Assembly (NCBI GenBank): GCA_041752695.1 | Contig: JBGSVZ010000035.1 | Coordinates: 32,001-96,000 of the forward strand | Length of the DNA stretch: 64,000 nucleotides | DNA from: Terrimicrobiaceae bacterium | GTDB lineage: Bacteria; Verrucomicrobiota; Verrucomicrobiia; Chthoniobacterales; Terrimicrobiaceae | Direction of reading: 5' to 3' | Part shown: positions 20,801-29,231 of the stretch, one piece after another | Layout of the letters: the number at the start of each line of letters is the position of its first letter | How positions within the stretch are numbered: the first letter of the stretch is position 1 | Position numbers and translations under genes: made by a program | The notes under the pieces: model-generated | Database searches by the model: none | Told to the model about the DNA's origin: nothing | Seen by the model: the letters and a program-made list of their open reading frames with translations, nothing else

Positions 20801-21269
20801 GCAAGATCAATCTTCGGCCTTTCCAATTTTCTGGCACCGTGAACTCTCGCCGCAACCATGCCATCTCCACTTTTTCCCACGACGCGGGGTAACTGGGGAA
20901 ACTTCGATAATCTGCGCTGTCACTCGCACCAAAAGAGTCGAGCGAGTTCATATTCCACGGTGAAGGAATCTTGATCGGAGTGGAGTCCCATGAATCGGCT
21001 TTCGGCTCGCTGAGAGTAGGGGGTATGTCTTTGCCTGCCTGCCACCCGTCGGGAGTCGCTACCGGTTGAAAAGACCATTTCCCGTTAAGGCAAATTTCAT
21101 CGCGAAATGGTTTCTCCTCCGGTTTGATAAGACCCGGTAACGGCGCGAATCGACGGTTGAAAGTTAGCAGTTCGCCCTGTGCTAAATGAGGGACCAAAAG
21201 GAAAAACGCCGAGCAGAGAAGTGCGACGGATTTACATTGAAGTCTGACCACAATGAGGGCGCTTTTCAC
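17835..21269 (-). CDS. GH2 family glycoside hydrolase, secreted
   Basis: LNGKWSF, LHFEAV, GIWQDVYL, WTPAQPNLY, FGWRQF, VRLH, ADEMGILV, acid/base RNYAS..WSLENE and nucleophile-like KPWGVTE; signal peptide; C-terminal GWNHFLVK beta domain. Confidence 0.88.
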   Translation of the reverse strand: MKSALIVVRLQCKSVALLCSAFFLLVPHLAQGELLTFNRRFAPLPGLIKPEEKPFRDEICLNGKWSFQPVATPDGWQAGKDIPPTLSEPKADSWDSTPIKIPSPWNMNSLDSFGASDSADYRSFPSYPASWEKVEMAWLRREFTVPENWKGRRLILHFEAVSGDCEVRVNGKVVGRNSDKFLPFDLDVTDAVHSRGPNELLVGVRAMRFFNQPGRLGYLTYPAGAWWGELMLGIWQDVYLQALPPTRVTDVFVQSVLDANELRVEVELRNDASAPGEVSVEARVVPWLPSGETNVVSAPENRGRFGSDPMISFPPSPPVLIEAGKSNLTRLTLPVHDELKKWTPAQPNLYGLLVEVKSGDKVLDRSITRFGWRQFGSKDQKFTLNGEPLRMNAELCHFFGIAHMTPRHAWAWYKMLKDCNVNTVRLHAFPHPRFYLDLADEMGILVHDETAIYGSSANLNLELPVTWERYADHTARLVRRDRNYASLCGWSLENETLAALKVKTGDQKVFDQVGDNFIPLVESVRRLDPSRPWIAADGDSDWGGRFPVATAHYGPGVDHYRAHEQVGKPWGVTESTYLWCGTPLQVSEWNGGRAYESWQGRAEGLAFAVWDELVEKQIKPFPNISAISVYNVTYHGCWPLPFGLRDLTRPPELSDGVHFTSPFVEGQPGTQPERLGPYITMLNPGYDPSLPLYQPTPVFDAARDAYATNRPAQFSRRLFENPEAEINPGPPTPLANTGNVTAVAFLGDRSSTLFQTLNQAGVPWVAANAVAPVMVVDLESLADASPTAKTQIDETLKAGGTVLVWGINPKTLNAANALLPLPLQAVARSASSLLPARGHPLADTLSPSRCYFSEVSEARDVIQYVLQGPLVERGQVILRPTNLNWQTWRNALEQLKNAAATRSEREAKPPGAALVEFGTGGGRLVVSSIESVAPTPTHQEFFRALLIGLGIHLSEPKPVTAGLLDTKGRLTRALVLGPLQATSLEEAFDKDLAGGETTIAPQVGEKHGDHVWREVTANAEGRFNLDSPSADAGADNQVVYASFWLFSPRSDDLLDVGLEAKVDLIVGCEAGGEFWLNGALIHEDRGVNPRQPGKSEVSRVSLRKGWNHFLVKLVNPSNHFMAQIECADPGLAAQLRAEIARPKP

Positions 21270-21287
21270 CGGTGATTTCTTTATGTC

Positions 21288-23279
21288 TCAGATCACTCGA
21301 TCGTTGCCACCATCGACCGGGACTTGTGCAGCTGTGGTTTTGGCGAAAAGTGGGCCGCACATCTCGGCAGCCAATTCCGCGACATCGCGACTGGTCACCT
21401 CGACTTTCATTACATTATTGGTTTTGTATTCCTCAATGCTTAGGCCGTAGGATTTTGCCCGGGCTGCAAGTATCTCCTCAGTCCACAGCCCGGTGTCGAA
21501 GACGGCGTTGGGGTGAATGGAGTTGATCCGGATACGATCCGCGCCCCATTCCAGCGCGGCCACGCGGGCCAGCTGATTCATTGCGGCCTTTGATGCGGAA
21601 TACGCCGCTGCTCCCGGACCGGGGGCGGGCACGTTTTTTGAGCCAATAACGACGATGCGACCGCCGCGAGGCGAAAGCTTGAGCAGCGGATGAACCTCGC
21701 GCAGTAAGGCGAGATTGGCATCGAGATTGATGCCCATGACTTTGCGCCACGTATCCTGAGCGAGAGATTCAATCGGGCAACCTTTTGGAAATATACCTGC
21801 GTTGAGCACCACCATATCCAAGCCGCCAAAGCTGCGCACGGCCTGCTCCAGAGTTTCCTGAAGGACATCTTCCCGTGTGAGATCGGCAACGAGTCCCAGA
21901 AAATCGGCGCGGTCATGCAAGGTGGCAATCGCGGGATTGATATCCAGTCCAACCACACAAGCTCCTCGTCGCAAAAGGGATTCCACGCAGGCTTTTCCAA
22001 TGCCGGAAGCAGCTCCGGTCACAAGGGCCACCTCTCCCGTGAAGACGGGTGGAGTGCCGCCCTTACGAAGCTTGGCCTGCTCGAGGTCCCAATATTCCAC
22101 GTCGAACACGTCGCCGGCCGGCAGTGCCTGCCAGCCACCGAGGGCTTGCGCTCGCGCAATCACGTCCATCGTGTGCTCGTAGATGTCGCTCACGATCCCG
22201 ACTTCCTTGGCGGTACGACCCACGGAGATGCGCCCCAACTCTGAATCTAGGATCACGCGCGGAGCAGGATCCAGCATGGTTAGAGGCGATTTCGCGCGCG
22301 AAGCATGAGCCTGAAAATAAGCGGCGTAAGCCTCCGCGTAGCGCGCGACATCACGTCCCAACTGGGGGATGCGTTTCGTGCGAATCACATGATCGGGGGT
22401 AGCTGGTCCCTGCTGGGTGATTTCCGACAGGTCCTCGCGACCGACGAAGGCCATGCTGCGGGCATCCCGATGCGTAGTCAGCAGAACCGGCGCACCGACC
22501 ACGCCTGAGACCTCGGCCCGTAGCTTTGCCAGCGTAAAGCGCAGGGATTCCGCCCCGTCGGTGATTGGAGCGAAGGGGATCTGCCAGGCCTGATTATGGC
22601 GCAGGGAGTCCTCCGCAAAGCGCACGAGCGCGATCATCCGTTCGTAAGACTCGCGCGCGGTGTCGCCAAAAGAAAAAAGCCCGTGGTGCTCGAGCGCCAT
22701 GCCAATCGTATGGCCTGGTCGATGCTCCCGGGGGAATATCTGAGCGCAAAGCTGCGAGAGATCGAACCCTGGCATGATGTATGGAATGTAAATCAAGGTG
22801 TCGCCGTAGATACTCTTGAGACGGTCGAGACCGTTGCAGGTATTCGTGATAGAGACAAAAGCGTCCGAGTGTGTGTGATCCACATATTTGTACGGGAGCA
22901 ACGCGTGGAGGATGGTTTCCACGGAGGGAGCGGGCGCCGAGGCCTGCGTCATATGAGTGAGGAGCTCATTGCTCATCTGCGAGTCGGTCATCCCGCGTAG
23001 TTCCGCCAGCCGCAGCAGATACGAAAGATGCACAGGCGCAAACCCTGCCTCCTGGATGGTTTCGAGATCCCATCCACTGCCCTTCACGTATAGCAACTCT
23101 TCTTTTTCGCCAAAGAGGTTGGTCTCGGAGATCTTGACCGAGGTGTTCCCGCCGCCATGGAGGACAAGGGATCGGTCGCGACCGAGTAGACGGGAGGTAT
23201 AAACGCGGAGGCCAAGATCCCCGACATACTGCGCGGCTTCCTCGTCACTCCACAGGCTTTCTATAGGAGGCTGATTCAT
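21288..23279 (-). CDS. Bifunctional class II aldolase (RhaD/FucA fold)/short-chain dehydrogenase
   Basis: GGNTSVK, KGSG, PSVETILH, HTHSD and HHGL in the aldolase domain; VTGAASGIG, NAG, SKN and YSASKAA in the SDR domain. ATG 23279 avoids overlap with E1beta. Confidence 0.9.
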   Translation of the reverse strand: MNQPPIESLWSDEEAAQYVGDLGLRVYTSRLLGRDRSLVLHGGGNTSVKISETNLFGEKEELLYVKGSGWDLETIQEAGFAPVHLSYLLRLAELRGMTDSQMSNELLTHMTQASAPAPSVETILHALLPYKYVDHTHSDAFVSITNTCNGLDRLKSIYGDTLIYIPYIMPGFDLSQLCAQIFPREHRPGHTIGMALEHHGLFSFGDTARESYERMIALVRFAEDSLRHNQAWQIPFAPITDGAESLRFTLAKLRAEVSGVVGAPVLLTTHRDARSMAFVGREDLSEITQQGPATPDHVIRTKRIPQLGRDVARYAEAYAAYFQAHASRAKSPLTMLDPAPRVILDSELGRISVGRTAKEVGIVSDIYEHTMDVIARAQALGGWQALPAGDVFDVEYWDLEQAKLRKGGTPPVFTGEVALVTGAASGIGKACVESLLRRGACVVGLDINPAIATLHDRADFLGLVADLTREDVLQETLEQAVRSFGGLDMVVLNAGIFPKGCPIESLAQDTWRKVMGINLDANLALLREVHPLLKLSPRGGRIVVIGSKNVPAPGPGAAAYSASKAAMNQLARVAALEWGADRIRINSIHPNAVFDTGLWTEEILAARAKSYGLSIEEYKTNNVMKVEVTSRDVAELAAEMCGPLFAKTTAAQVPVDGGNDRVI

Positions 23280-23289
23280 GGTAGGACTG

Positions 23290-24303
23290 CTAGCCAAGGA
23301 CACTTCTGACTCCGGCGATGATTCTCGGCACATCAGGGCGATAGGCATTTTCCAAGACCGGGGTGAAAGGCACGGGCACATCGGGCGAGGCCACCCGGAC
23401 GACCGGCGCTTGGAGAAACTCCCCGCAATGTTCCATTATGCCAGCGGCGATCTCCGCACTCACACCGCCAGTTTTTGGACCTTCCTCGACAATCACCACC
23501 CGGCCGGTTTTCTTAATCGACGCGCCTATAGTCGCATAGTCGATCGGCGATAGACTGCGTACGTCGATGACTTCAGCGGACACGCCCTCGCCCGCCAAGC
23601 TCTCGGCCGCCAGGAGATTAAAATGGTGCATAAGCAACCAACCGAGCAACGTTACGTCAGTGCCTTCACGATACACCTTAGCCGTATCGAGCGGCACCAC
23701 GTAGTCCTCCTCGGGGATTTCCGAGCCGGCGTCCACAGCTCCCGGCTCCCTGCGCGCACCCTTCGATCCATAGAGCAGCTTATGCTCGAAAATCAAAACC
23801 GGATTATCGTCGCGCACCGCGCTCTTAAGGATGCCCTTCGCGTCGTAGGCATTCGAAACCGCCACAACCTTAAGTCCGGGTACTCCGGTGAAATAACGCT
23901 CCATGCTTTGGGCGTGCTGCGAGCCCCGGCCCGTCGCCCCGATGGGAGCGCGCATGACGAGCGGCACCTTGCAGGTGCCTCCCGACATGTAGCGCATCTT
24001 TGAGGCGTTATTAATGATTTGATCACTGGCGAGAAACAAAAAATCGCCATACTGCACGTCGGCAATTGGACGCATACCCATCATCGCCGCACCGACGGCC
24101 ATGCCGAAGAAGCCGAGCTCCGCGATTGGAGTATCAATCATACGGTCCGGAAATTTTTGTTCCAACCCAAGAGTGACTGTGAAGGCTCCGCCCCAGCCGC
24201 CGGGAACCGCGATATCTTCACCGATGCAAAAGACAGTCTCGTCGCGTTTCATTTCTTCTGCGATCGCGTCCCGCAGGGCTTCTGCTATGCCTTGTATTTT
24301 CAT
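23290..24303 (-). CDS. 2-oxoacid/acetoin dehydrogenase E1 beta subunit
   Basis: GEDI, DTPIAE, QIINNASKMRYMSGG, QHAQS, FEHKLLY and EVIDVRSLSP motifs. Confidence 0.92.
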   Translation of the reverse strand: MKIQGIAEALRDAIAEEMKRDETVFCIGEDIAVPGGWGGAFTVTLGLEQKFPDRMIDTPIAELGFFGMAVGAAMMGMRPIADVQYGDFLFLASDQIINNASKMRYMSGGTCKVPLVMRAPIGATGRGSQHAQSMERYFTGVPGLKVVAVSNAYDAKGILKSAVRDDNPVLIFEHKLLYGSKGARREPGAVDAGSEIPEEDYVVPLDTAKVYREGTDVTLLGWLLMHHFNLLAAESLAGEGVSAEVIDVRSLSPIDYATIGASIKKTGRVVIVEEGPKTGGVSAEIAAGIMEHCGEFLQAPVVRVASPDVPVPFTPVLENAYRPDVPRIIAGVRSVLG

Positions 24304-24328
24304 GAATGAGTAAATCTAGATCTTGTTA

Positions 24329-25318
24329 TTAAGCGAAAACGTCAGTCAGGAGGTCTGCTGCGCTAGGTTGAGGAGCCTGTTGCGCCACTTCAATAGCGAC
24401 CGTGAGTTCGTCATCAACGGAAGACTTGAGGGCGTCGAGATCGGCCCGTTCAATGTCTTTGCGGGTGAGGAGGACTTCCGCGAAACGTTCGATCGGATCC
24501 CGCATGAACCAGGCTTCGCGTTCATCCTTTGGCTGATAGTGGCAGGGATCGCGACGGGAGTGCCCTGTACGCCGGTAAGTAAGCAACTCTAAGAGCACCG
24601 GACCACCACCATTCCTGCACTCGGCCACGGCTTTGCGCGCTGCCTCCAGCACGGCTAGAACATCATTGCCGTCCACCGTCTCACCACGAAATCCGTAGGA
24701 CGCCGCCCGATCGGAAACTCTCGTATTCTTCATGACTTTGCCGATGTGGGTTGACGCTCCATACAGATTATTCTCGCACACGAATAAGGCGGGTAAATTC
24801 CAGATAGACGCCATATTTACGCCTTCATGAAAGGCACCCTCCGCCACTGCGCCATCACCAAAGAAGCAAACGGCTATCTGGCGAGTTTTCTTCATCTTGA
24901 AAGCAAGAGCCATACCCGCCGCGAGTGGAATGCCTCCTCCTACAATCGCGATGGCTGGAATCATGCCTTTTTCCATGTTACCCATGTGCATGGAACCGCC
25001 CTTACCTTTGCAGCAACCAGTGCTGGCGCCAAAAAGCTCATCCAGCATTTCCTGAACTCCGAGGCCTTTTGCTAAGGCATGCCCGTGACCACGGAAAGTC
25101 GAGACGATAAAATCCTCGAGGTCTAAAGCAGCGCAGACGCCGGTGGCCGTGGCCTCCTGTCCCTGACACTGGTGAATCGTACCGGGCATGGTGCCCTCAA
25201 GGAAAAGAAACTTTACGCGCTCTTCGAATTCGCGGATCAGCACGAGGCGGCGGTAAAGGTCCAGAATAAATCCGCGCTCATAGGCAGAGGGATCGGGTGA
25301 GGTGGTGGTAGTGCTCAT
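24329..25318 (-). CDS. ThDP-dependent 2-oxoacid/acetoin dehydrogenase E1 alpha subunit
   Basis: GQEA, RGHGH, GKGGSMH, ThDP motif GDGA...ENN, and TYR..GHS..DP loop. Confidence 0.92.
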   Translation of the reverse strand: MSTTTTSPDPSAYERGFILDLYRRLVLIREFEERVKFLFLEGTMPGTIHQCQGQEATATGVCAALDLEDFIVSTFRGHGHALAKGLGVQEMLDELFGASTGCCKGKGGSMHMGNMEKGMIPAIAIVGGGIPLAAGMALAFKMKKTRQIAVCFFGDGAVAEGAFHEGVNMASIWNLPALFVCENNLYGASTHIGKVMKNTRVSDRAASYGFRGETVDGNDVLAVLEAARKAVAECRNGGGPVLLELLTYRRTGHSRRDPCHYQPKDEREAWFMRDPIERFAEVLLTRKDIERADLDALKSSVDDELTVAIEVAQQAPQPSAADLLTDVFA

Positions 25319-26391
25319 AAGTTTTCCAGTTCTTCGACGATGGCGCCGAGAAAATCGGCGGCATATTTGCCATTGGCGACGCGGTGGTCGACGGACAAGG
25401 TAAGGTTTACGCGATGTTGAATCGCAAAGGCGGTATCGCTCATAGCGATGACAACGGGGCGGATCTTGCCAGTGGCCAGAATGGCCGACTCAGGCGGATT
25501 TACAATGGCGATGAAGGTCTCGACATTAGAGGCTCCAAGATTCGTGATCGTCATGGCACCCGGCTTCATCACACGGGCCTGAGGATCGCCTCCCCGGAGA
25601 GCGGTCACCCGCGCGCGGAGGGCGCGCGAAATTTCCTCGACGCTTTGTTCACCGGGAGACTCCATGGGCACCACGTAAAGGTCGCCAGCGATATCTGCGG
25701 CTACGCCGATGGTCTCTGTCGTTTGGAGGACCAACTGATCATCCTCAAACCGATACGCCATCATCGGAAATCGATGGATGGCGGCATGCACGGCCTTCAC
25801 AAAAAACGCGTCCCAAGCGAGTTTTTCCGGAAGCGCCGCGCTGCGCCGGGCCATCATCGGTTCTGCATTGGCGGAGGTTTGCAGGTAAAAATGCGGGATG
25901 GTCTGTTTGCTTTGTTGCAGCCGCCGCGCAGCCGTCCTACGGGCGATGCTTAGCGGCATCAATTGTCCGGGAGCCGAAAAGGCGACGGGGGGATCGGCCG
26001 GGCTGACCCGATCTTGGGGAAGCGCGGCTTCGGCGTGGACCGCCGCTGCGCGATTGCGCGCGAAAAATCCGCCTGCTTTCTTCGGAGGCTGGGGAGCAGC
26101 CTCGGACAAGACCATCGGCGGCTCCGCCGTAATTGGTTTGGCGGCTTTTGTCCCGGCAGCCTCGATGACTGCGATCACCGTGCCGGCGTCCACGGAGTCA
26201 CCTTCCAAAACAAGGGCTTTCGTGAATACACCAGCAGAAGTCCCCTCGACTTCCATGGTGGCTTTATCAGTCTCGACCTCAAGGAGGAATTGGCCGCGGG
26301 TCACGGCTTGGCCAGGCTGCACCAGCCAACGTACGATTTTGACCGAACCGCCGGTCGTGGCTAGGTCGGGCATTTTAAATTCATGAAGCAT
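25315..26391 (-). CDS. Dihydrolipoamide acyltransferase (E2): lipoyl domain plus catalytic domain
   Basis: Lipoyl motif EVETDKA; catalytic IPHFY, TITNLG and DHRVANG. ATGA overlap with E1alpha. Confidence 0.9.
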   Translation of the reverse strand: MLHEFKMPDLATTGGSVKIVRWLVQPGQAVTRGQFLLEVETDKATMEVEGTSAGVFTKALVLEGDSVDAGTVIAVIEAAGTKAAKPITAEPPMVLSEAAPQPPKKAGGFFARNRAAAVHAEAALPQDRVSPADPPVAFSAPGQLMPLSIARRTAARRLQQSKQTIPHFYLQTSANAEPMMARRSAALPEKLAWDAFFVKAVHAAIHRFPMMAYRFEDDQLVLQTTETIGVAADIAGDLYVVPMESPGEQSVEEISRALRARVTALRGGDPQARVMKPGAMTITNLGASNVETFIAIVNPPESAILATGKIRPVVIAMSDTAFAIQHRVNLTLSVDHRVANGKYAADFLGAIVEELENL

Positions 26392-26410
26392 AAAAATTTC
26401 GAGTTCGATT

Positions 26411-27403
26411 TTACGTTAAGACTCTGTGGGCTACGTCGAGAGTGTGGCTGGTCAGGTAAGCTTCCGCCGCATCGGCGCCGATCACTCCATCCGTGGTGCC
26501 GATGGCTTGCGTGGCTGAGGTCCCGATGGCACTGGCATACCGAAGCAATGCGGGCACGTCTCGTCCAAGCAGGATGCTGGCAATTACGCCACTGGTGAAT
26601 GCGTCGCCTGCGCCGGAAGGATCAACGCATGCTTCGTTATAGCTTGAGCTCCGCCACATTTCTTTCCCCCGCCCGGCGACCACGCCCCTCTCACCTTGGG
26701 TGATGATGACCGTGCCAACTCCCGCCTTCAAAAATGTAGTCACCTGATCCTCAACACATTCCGAACCAGTCAATGCACAGGCCTCATCGTCATTCGGCAA
26801 GAAATAGTCAGTCACCTTCAAGAGAGGGGCCCAGGTGCTGAGTTCCGGCGCGGCCATCCCACTTGGGATGACAACATCGAGCACAGTTCTCACCCCTTGC
26901 TCCCGGCAAAAAACAAATACTTCCGTGAGAGCGTCCACCTGGATCGCGGGCAAGGCAAATAAACCCCCAAAATAGAAAACGTCCAGAGAAGCCAGCCATT
27001 CACGATTTAAATCCGAAGCCGCAAACCCCGCGTTGGCTCCGAACAGATGGATGTAGCGCCGGTCTTCGCCGGCTATCAATAAAATGATGGTCCGACTCGT
27101 GGGAAATGTCGGTGAGACAAGCAGCCGGGTGGCACTGATCCCATACGCCTCCAAGGCGCTGACCAGCCCACGACCAGCGGAATCATCCCCGACGCAACCG
27201 GCGAGCTCCACCGAGACTCCTTGTTTAACCAAATCGATTGCGACATTCGCCGCACATCCACCCGCCTTGGTGGGCATCGAGTCCAAGGCCACCAACATAC
27301 CTTCCGGCGGCATTTGCGAGAGCGGCCCGCAAAATGTATCTTCCACCAGAATGCCCGCGCATCCGACTTTCTGCCCGAAACGATTCTTTACGCTCATGAC
27401 CAT
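26411..27403 (-). CDS. PfkB family carbohydrate kinase
   Basis: GGCAANVA, GCVGDD..G, PNDDEA and DPSGAGDAF signatures. Confidence 0.92.
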   Translation of the reverse strand: MVMSVKNRFGQKVGCAGILVEDTFCGPLSQMPPEGMLVALDSMPTKAGGCAANVAIDLVKQGVSVELAGCVGDDSAGRGLVSALEAYGISATRLLVSPTFPTSRTIILLIAGEDRRYIHLFGANAGFAASDLNREWLASLDVFYFGGLFALPAIQVDALTEVFVFCREQGVRTVLDVVIPSGMAAPELSTWAPLLKVTDYFLPNDDEACALTGSECVEDQVTTFLKAGVGTVIITQGERGVVAGRGKEMWRSSSYNEACVDPSGAGDAFTSGVIASILLGRDVPALLRYASAIGTSATQAIGTTDGVIGADAAEAYLTSHTLDVAHRVLT

Positions 27404-28293
27404 GCCCGACCGCAGCAGCCCAGCCGATCGATCCGGTCAAGCACGGCGTCTCGCACCGCCAACCGCCCGGCCACGAGAATATCACGCTCGCCCCCGAGAC
27501 CGAGCAAATCATGCGGATTGAGCTCCTTATCACCCAGCCGTTGGCTCACCGCCTCGAGATACCATTGCTTGAGATAGGTGCCGTAATTGACCTTGGCCAC
27601 GCCAAGCGAAATCGCCGCCTGGAGTGATTCCGAATCGATACCCGTCCCGCCATGCAATACCAATGGCACCTGCGGAATGCGACGACGGATCGCTTCCAGC
27701 CGGGGGAGGTCGAGCGCCTGCTCACCATCGACCATGATGTGAACATTTCCCACGCTCACCGCGAGAAGATCGACACCAGTCTCCGCCACAAAACTCGCGG
27801 CCGCGTCGGGATCAGTCGGCTGCGTATGGTGCGCAAGTACCATGCCGCTAGCTCCGCAAGGCAATTCGCCGAGTTCCGCCTCGACGGCTACACCAAGGGG
27901 ATGGGCATGCTCCACCACCGCACGCACCCGCTTTATATATTCGGCCGCGGGCGCTTCCGGGTCCGCAAGCATCACTAGGTTAAAGCCCAGGCCGCAAGCA
28001 TCTTTAACCCATTCATCGCGCGGGCACTCATTAAAGATCAATCCGCAGGGCACCGAAGCCCGCTCCGCTGCGATCCGCCCCAATGCCCCAAACCATTCCA
28101 AACGCTCCGCCGCCAGCCGATCCCCGCGGCTCAGAAAATCCCCGTTGAATCCGATGATAATGGGAGAACGTGTTTTCTCCGCCGCATCGATTACACCGGC
28201 AAGTGACTCAAAGTTCCAGCTTTCAAAATAACCCAGGGCATAGCCTTCGCTTTGGGCATGAGTGAGGAGTTGGGAAATCGGAACGAGAGACAT
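27394..28293 (-). CDS. Class II fructose/tagatose-bisphosphate aldolase family protein, non-canonical active site
   Basis: VEAELG, TDP, LAVSVGNVH, LVLHGGTG and KVNYGT are retained, but LHLDH is replaced by LIFNE. Confidence 0.85.
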   Translation of the reverse strand: MSLVPISQLLTHAQSEGYALGYFESWNFESLAGVIDAAEKTRSPIIIGFNGDFLSRGDRLAAERLEWFGALGRIAAERASVPCGLIFNECPRDEWVKDACGLGFNLVMLADPEAPAAEYIKRVRAVVEHAHPLGVAVEAELGELPCGASGMVLAHHTQPTDPDAAASFVAETGVDLLAVSVGNVHIMVDGEQALDLPRLEAIRRRIPQVPLVLHGGTGIDSESLQAAISLGVAKVNYGTYLKQWYLEAVSQRLGDKELNPHDLLGLGGERDILVAGRLAVRDAVLDRIDRLGCCGRAWS

Positions 28294-28299
28294 AAATTG

Positions 28300-29172
28300 T
28301 TATTTTTTTTCTTTAGCGTTTTTAGCGCCGCACGACTTGAGTTCGGCAACGATTACTCGAATGCCGCGGCGCTCAAGGGAGCGAAGGTCTTTCAAAGCTG
28401 TTCTCGAGTCGGTGATCACGCAATGGATCGCCGACAAGTCGAGGACTTTACGGAGCGCGCGCAACCCAAACTTCGTGTGATCAGCCAACAATACGACCCT
28501 CTTGGATCGGCGGGCCACAACCTGTTTGACGCGAAAATTTTCCAATGAAGACTCGTAGGTACCTTCATCCAAAACGAAACCTTTAGTTGAGAGGAGCGCT
28601 ATATCGTAATAATAGCTACCAGCGTTTTCCTCTGTCATCAGGCCCGTAAAAGCCGCACTTTCCGCACAGAGATCGCCGCCCAGCATCGTGACACGGTTTT
28701 TCCCACTGGCCGCAAGCTCCCCACAGACTAGCAAGGAATTGGTAATCATGTTACTACCTTCAATGCTTTGCGACAGCACTTTGGCCGTTTCGATCACCGT
28801 CGTGCCCGCGTCCAGAAAGATGCTTTGCGCGTTGGCCAGAAGCTTTGGAACTTCCAAGGCGATGGCTCGCTTCTCTTCCCGGCACTCTCGGAGACGGGCA
28901 TGAATGTCGGACTCATAAAGAGACGACTTCGGTGCCATTTGACGGGTCGCGCCACCCAAACTTTTAAGCACCAGACCCTTCTTGGCCAGCATCTCGACAT
29001 CCCTTCGCACCGTCATGGTGGAGGTCTCGATTAGAGCACTCAACGCTTCGTACGTTGCATATTCATGCACGTCGAGAAAATCGAGAATCGCCTGCTGACG
29101 AAGAACCATACTCGAACGAGTCTCATCATTTTGTTGTGATTTTACAACGGTTTTTTTGGTATTTTTTAACAT
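28300..29172 (-). CDS. DeoR/GlpR family transcriptional regulator
   Basis: RQQAIL...STMTVRRD HTH, EKRAIA, IFLDAGTT, ITNS and LADHTKFG. Start uncertain (ATG 29172 or 29109). Confidence 0.92.
   Translation of the reverse strand: MLKNTKKTVVKSQQNDETRSSMVLRQQAILDFLDVHEYATYEALSALIETSTMTVRRDVEMLAKKGLVLKSLGGATRQMAPKSSLYESDIHARLRECREEKRAIALEVPKLLANAQSIFLDAGTTVIETAKVLSQSIEGSNMITNSLLVCGELAASGKNRVTMLGGDLCAESAAFTGLMTEENAGSYYYDIALLSTKGFVLDEGTYESSLENFRVKQVVARRSKRVVLLADHTKFGLRALRKVLDLSAIHCVITDSRTALKDLRSLERRGIRVIVAELKSCGAKNAKEKK
29133..29148. promoter_or_regulatory. Candidate operator GTTGT-N6-ACAAC in the AT-rich deoR/isomerase divergent region
   Basis: Imperfect palindrome GTTGTGATTTTACAAC. Intergenic if deoR starts at 29109. 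Confidence 0.3.
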
Positions 29173-29231
29173 TTGTCTCGACTTAGCGGTTATTTTCTCA
29201 CATTGAACAGACAGTAAAATATCCTTCCCCT

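Noticed and set aside
23290..26391. Naming these genes pdhABC or acoABC
   Set aside because: The family is clear but the substrate is not; context and motif changes argue against assigning a symbol.
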